This document shows positions 15,657 through 18,210 of a DNA stretch of 18,210 nt, in pieces. A program made the position numbers and the translations under genes. The DNA comes from Candidatus Diapherotrites archaeon CG10_big_fil_rev_8_21_14_0_10_31_34 (GTDB taxonomy: Archaea > Iainarchaeota > Iainarchaeia > Iainarchaeales > 1-14-0-10-31-34), in NCBI GenBank assembly GCA_002763225.1, contig PFAI01000018.1, positions 1 to 18,210 on the forward strand. Direction: 5' to 3'. The stretch's first letter is position 1, and each line of letters starts with the position of its first letter. The notes beneath the pieces are model-generated. The model ran no database searches. It saw only the letters and a program-made list of their open reading frames with translations, and was not told the DNA's origin.

Positions 15657-16156
15657 TCTTTCCATGCAACCACCACTAATTTAACCGGCAAAGCAACAGA
15701 ATTTTTTTGCAGGATAATAGGATAATACCTTAAAACAATTCTTGAATTAGGCGACAAAACTTTTTGTTGAGTTAATTTTTCTTCAGTATTAGAGCACTTA
15801 AAATAATCTGATCCTTCAAAAAAATAATCTTCATCTAAACTTAAAACATTAATATCCTTGTTTAAGTCTATTAATCCGGCAGAAAAATACGGCTGTCTTA
15901 CATTTAATGCATCACAGGATTTTTTGAATTCCTCTAAAGAAGAAACAAATCCAGTGCCTCTTAAAGAAGCACCAATTTGGACTACAGCAATATCATTTTC
16001 AAAATCAACTGTTTTATCATTATAAGTGTTTACTGTTGCATAAAAAGAAGAAAAAAAGATAATCAAAGCAAACATTAAAGGAATCAAAGAAGGAAGGTCA
16101 TCTCCTATTGGACCCAAATAACCTTTTTTGTTTTTAATTAATTTTCGTAAGAACAA
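15653..16156 (-). CDS. Pilin-like protein with putative class III signal peptide
   Basis: MFLRKLIKNKKG|YLGPIGDDLPSLIPLMFALIIFF. TTG start in a GAGGGATTTAA SD context. One Cys pair. Confidence 0.75.
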   Translation of the reverse strand: MFLRKLIKNKKGYLGPIGDDLPSLIPLMFALIIFFSSFYATVNTYNDKTVDFENDIAVVQIGASLRGTGFVSSLEEFKKSCDALNVRQPYFSAGLIDLNKDINVLSLDEDYFFEGSDYFKCSNTEEKLTQQKVLSPNSRIVLRYYPIILQKNSVALPVKLVVVAWKE

Positions 16157-16764
16157 TTAAATCCCTCTGGCCTGATTTTTTGTCCTGCAATCCCCATTAA
16201 AGTACTGCAGTCTGAACCTCCCCTGTTACTGCAAGGAATAACATAAATTGTTGTTTCGCCTAAATTAACTTCTTTTAATAAAACATATGCATCAATCTGA
16301 GTTTTTGCCTGCGGGTCAAGCATTGTGTTTGAATCATAAATATTAATTTTAGATGGATTTGCAGTAATCAGCTCCTGAAAATCAAAAAAATTCATTTTTG
16401 CATCAGTGTCAAAAGATGCAGCAGCCATATAAGTTTCTGGAGTTCTTCTTGGAGCCAAAGCAAAAATCATTTTATTTAAACCATTTTTTCCTGTTCCTTG
16501 TTTGATATTTAAAACATAATATAATCCTCTTCCACTGTTCCCTGAACTTGCTTCAATTGAATCCTTTAAATAATGAATTTGTGCTGCACACAAAGTAGGA
16601 GAACCAACTAAAGTAAAAGCATCCTGTGCATGAATTCTGACATAATCGTTTGCAATGTTTTCAACTAAAATCTGAGAAAAACTAAAAACAAAAAACAATA
16701 CAATAGAAAAAACCGCTACAACAAAAATAAGCAGATTAATTTTGCTTAAAGTAAAACCAAGCAT
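16138..16764 (-). CDS. N-terminally anchored pilin-like/accessory protein
   Basis: MLG-FTLSKINLLIFVVAVFSIVLFFVFSF hydrophobic N-terminus with no basic leader, followed by a Cys-containing soluble domain. Lies inside the pilin operon. Confidence 0.75.
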   Translation of the reverse strand: MLGFTLSKINLLIFVVAVFSIVLFFVFSFSQILVENIANDYVRIHAQDAFTLVGSPTLCAAQIHYLKDSIEASSGNSGRGLYYVLNIKQGTGKNGLNKMIFALAPRRTPETYMAAASFDTDAKMNFFDFQELITANPSKINIYDSNTMLDPQAKTQIDAYVLLKEVNLGETTIYVIPCSNRGGSDCSTLMGIAGQKIRPEGFNCSYEN

Positions 16765-16774
16765 TTTTATCCCT

Positions 16775-17323
16775 TTAATTTTTTCCTTTTAAATAAACAC
16801 AAATAATCGGGTTATCAGAACTTGAATTAGGAGAATACAAAAACTGATAAATTCCTGAAACAAAACCAGCATCTGTTTCAACATTAATTCCTTCAAAGCC
16901 AGCCATTGCTTCACACGAATCACCTTCATAATTAAACTGAGTGCTGGAAGTTACATCAATGCATTTGTCTTGTATTCCTGTTACATCTGAAGTTGAATAA
17001 CGCAAAACCAGACAACTTGAAGACGGATTTAAGCAAAGCCTTTGGCATAATCTTGGTTCATCTGAATTAAACAAAACAAATGATTCTTTTTTAGTGCAGT
17101 TAGGCAGACTAAAATTGACGTTTGCCGGCTGCTGATAAACTGCAGTTTTTTCTATTGCTAATTTCAAGTCATTCATTAATTTTTCTGTAGTATTAAAACA
17201 TTTTTGTTTTGATGCTTCATTCATTGCATTTAATCCTACAATAATAACAAAAGTCATTAAAATTACTGCAACAAGCAACTGGAAAGGCGCTTCTTCTTGT
17301 CCTTTATTAAACAAAAAAATCAT
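16775..17323 (-). CDS. Cys-rich pilin-like protein with class III signal peptide
   Basis: MIFLFNKG|QEEAPFQLLVAVILMTFVIIVGL, with 8 Cys and sequons NTT, NFS, NCT and NSS. ATGA overlap with the upstream gene. Confidence 0.85.
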   Translation of the reverse strand: MIFLFNKGQEEAPFQLLVAVILMTFVIIVGLNAMNEASKQKCFNTTEKLMNDLKLAIEKTAVYQQPANVNFSLPNCTKKESFVLFNSDEPRLCQRLCLNPSSSCLVLRYSTSDVTGIQDKCIDVTSSTQFNYEGDSCEAMAGFEGINVETDAGFVSGIYQFLYSPNSSSDNPIICVYLKGKN

Positions 17324-17469
17324 CCTCCTAAAGGCTGGTTTATTTGCTGGCTTTTATGAAACATTGGCTTGATTACAGTAATCAAAAGCAATGCTGCAAT
17401 AATCAATACAATCAGCATGTAAACAGAATTCCATTCACTTTGGGCTCGCTCTTCTAATAATAATCCCAT
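17320..17469 (-). CDS. Very small (49 aa) Flp-sized pilin-like protein
   Basis: MGLLLEERA|QSEWNSVYMLIVLIIAALLLITVIKPMF. ATG 17469 lies about 25-30 nt after TTTAAATA. The longer track start runs through the promoter. Confidence 0.75.
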   Translation of the reverse strand: MGLLLEERAQSEWNSVYMLIVLIIAALLLITVIKPMFHKSQQINQPLGG

Positions 17470-17588
17470 AGGAAAAATAACGTCAAAGAAATATTTAAAT
17501 CTGCCCTTTTTCTTTTTTCCGAAAAAGAAAAAGTGCAAGTTGCCCAAAAAGAAAAAAGGTTTTAATTAAAAGAAAAAAAATAGAAGCA

Positions 17589-17715
17589 GTACGACTGAAA
17601 GTCGTACGTTTTGTTAAACCTTTTGTAAAAGGTTTTTTTGATAAAACTTTTTTCTAAAAAGGTTGCAGTGCGGCTTTATGCCGCACATTTGGTTAAACCC
17701 TTTGGAAAGGGTTTA
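17589..17715 (+). repeat. Mosaic of three REP-like palindromes and two GC hairpins
   Basis: GTACGACT-GAA-AGTCGTAC (17589-17607); TTTTGTTAAACCTTTTGTAAAAGGTT (17609-17634); TTTTGATAAAACTTTTTTCTAAAAAGGTT (17636-17664); GTGCGGC-TTTAT-GCCGCAC (17668-17686); TTTGGTTAAACCCTTTGGAAAGGGTTTA (17688-17715). Confidence 0.88.
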
Positions 17716-18210
17716 TTCGTTGGATTTAATTAACAGCATATAACAGGCTTTTCCTGAAGCTTCAGTTATAGTGCAATCAGAAAAGTTTCCTGGAAATTTC
17801 TCTGAAAGGGTTGGGGCATAATCTTCAAAAAAAGCAGTTTCATCTTGAAAATCTGTTCCTTCAGCACAAATTCCTGCTAATTTAACTCTAACTGAACCGC
17901 TTCCAGTATAACTTATTAATTTTCCATTTGAACTAAACTGTGCGTCCGCTAAAGCATCTTCTACCCCAAGGCAAATCTGGTCTTCATCTAATCCAACTTC
18001 TTTTGCCAGAGATTTAGCATTAATGCTGTTTTCACTGGTGAAATCAATTCTTGCACTGACTTTTTCCTGATACTGCGAACTATCCATTGAAGTCAAAAGA
18101 TTTCCAGCTGATTTTGATGGATCAGTATTTGGGTTAAAATTAATTATTCCAAGAATATTTAACAGCAAAGTCAAAATAACTATTGCAACAATAGCAGAAA
18201 TTAATAATTT
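17713..18210 (-). CDS. Pilin-like protein, 5' end outside window
   Basis: The frame is open to the window edge, reading KLLISAIVAIVILTLLLNILGII (pilin-type hydrophobic helix, similar to QLLVAVIL of 16775-17323), followed by an acidic domain with 4 Cys. Confidence 0.8.
   Translation of the reverse strand, partial: KLLISAIVAIVILTLLLNILGIINFNPNTDPSKSAGNLLTSMDSSQYQEKVSARIDFTSENSINAKSLAKEVGLDEDQICLGVEDALADAQFSSNGKLISYTGSGSVRVKLAGICAEGTDFQDETAFFEDYAPTLSEKFPGNFSDCTITEASGKACYMLLIKSNE

Noticed and set aside
17470..17547. N-terminal extension of the small pilin given by the ORF track
   Set aside because: It runs across a TATA box and a T-rich tract. ATG 17469 gives a normal short class III leader.
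1..18210. Alternative genetic code or integrated mobile element next to the tRNA
   Set aside because: TGA, TAA and TAG all terminate conserved genes at expected positions. No integrase, transposase or tRNA 3'-end duplication is visible.

Overview
This is an AT-rich archaeal window. The archaeal call rests on a BHB-intron tRNA, BRE/TATA promoters, a PAC2 proteasome chaperone and class III signal peptides. The gene content and style suggest a DPANN lineage such as Diapherotrites/Iainarchaeota, which is inference. Housekeeping elements are an intron-containing tRNA-Gln(CUG), uppS, a DUF192 gene, a PAC2-family gene and possibly the 3' tail of the RNase P RNA. The dominant theme is a type IV/Tad-like surface system: a secretion ATPase, two GspF/TadB-TadC platform proteins, six co-oriented pilin-like genes, and a 1504-aa secreted, C-terminally anchored protein paired with a multi-pass membrane protein. 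Features the ORF track does not show: (1) a dispersed REP-like hairpin family with covariation, present at both ends of the window, in the tRNA leader and possibly as the tRNA intron; (2) a tRNA leader carrying a decoy and an antisense copy of the tRNA 5' end; (3) a candidate ~85-nt sRNA with its own promoter and terminator; (4) a frameshifted paralog of a membrane protein, with the pair bracketing the ATPase operon; (5) an A9-interrupted basic N-terminal extension of the first platform gene; (6) a FYVE/RING-like Cys8 zinc-finger protein. There are two short N gaps (6987-7002, 8350-8362), and the second splits one gene. No database searches were run.
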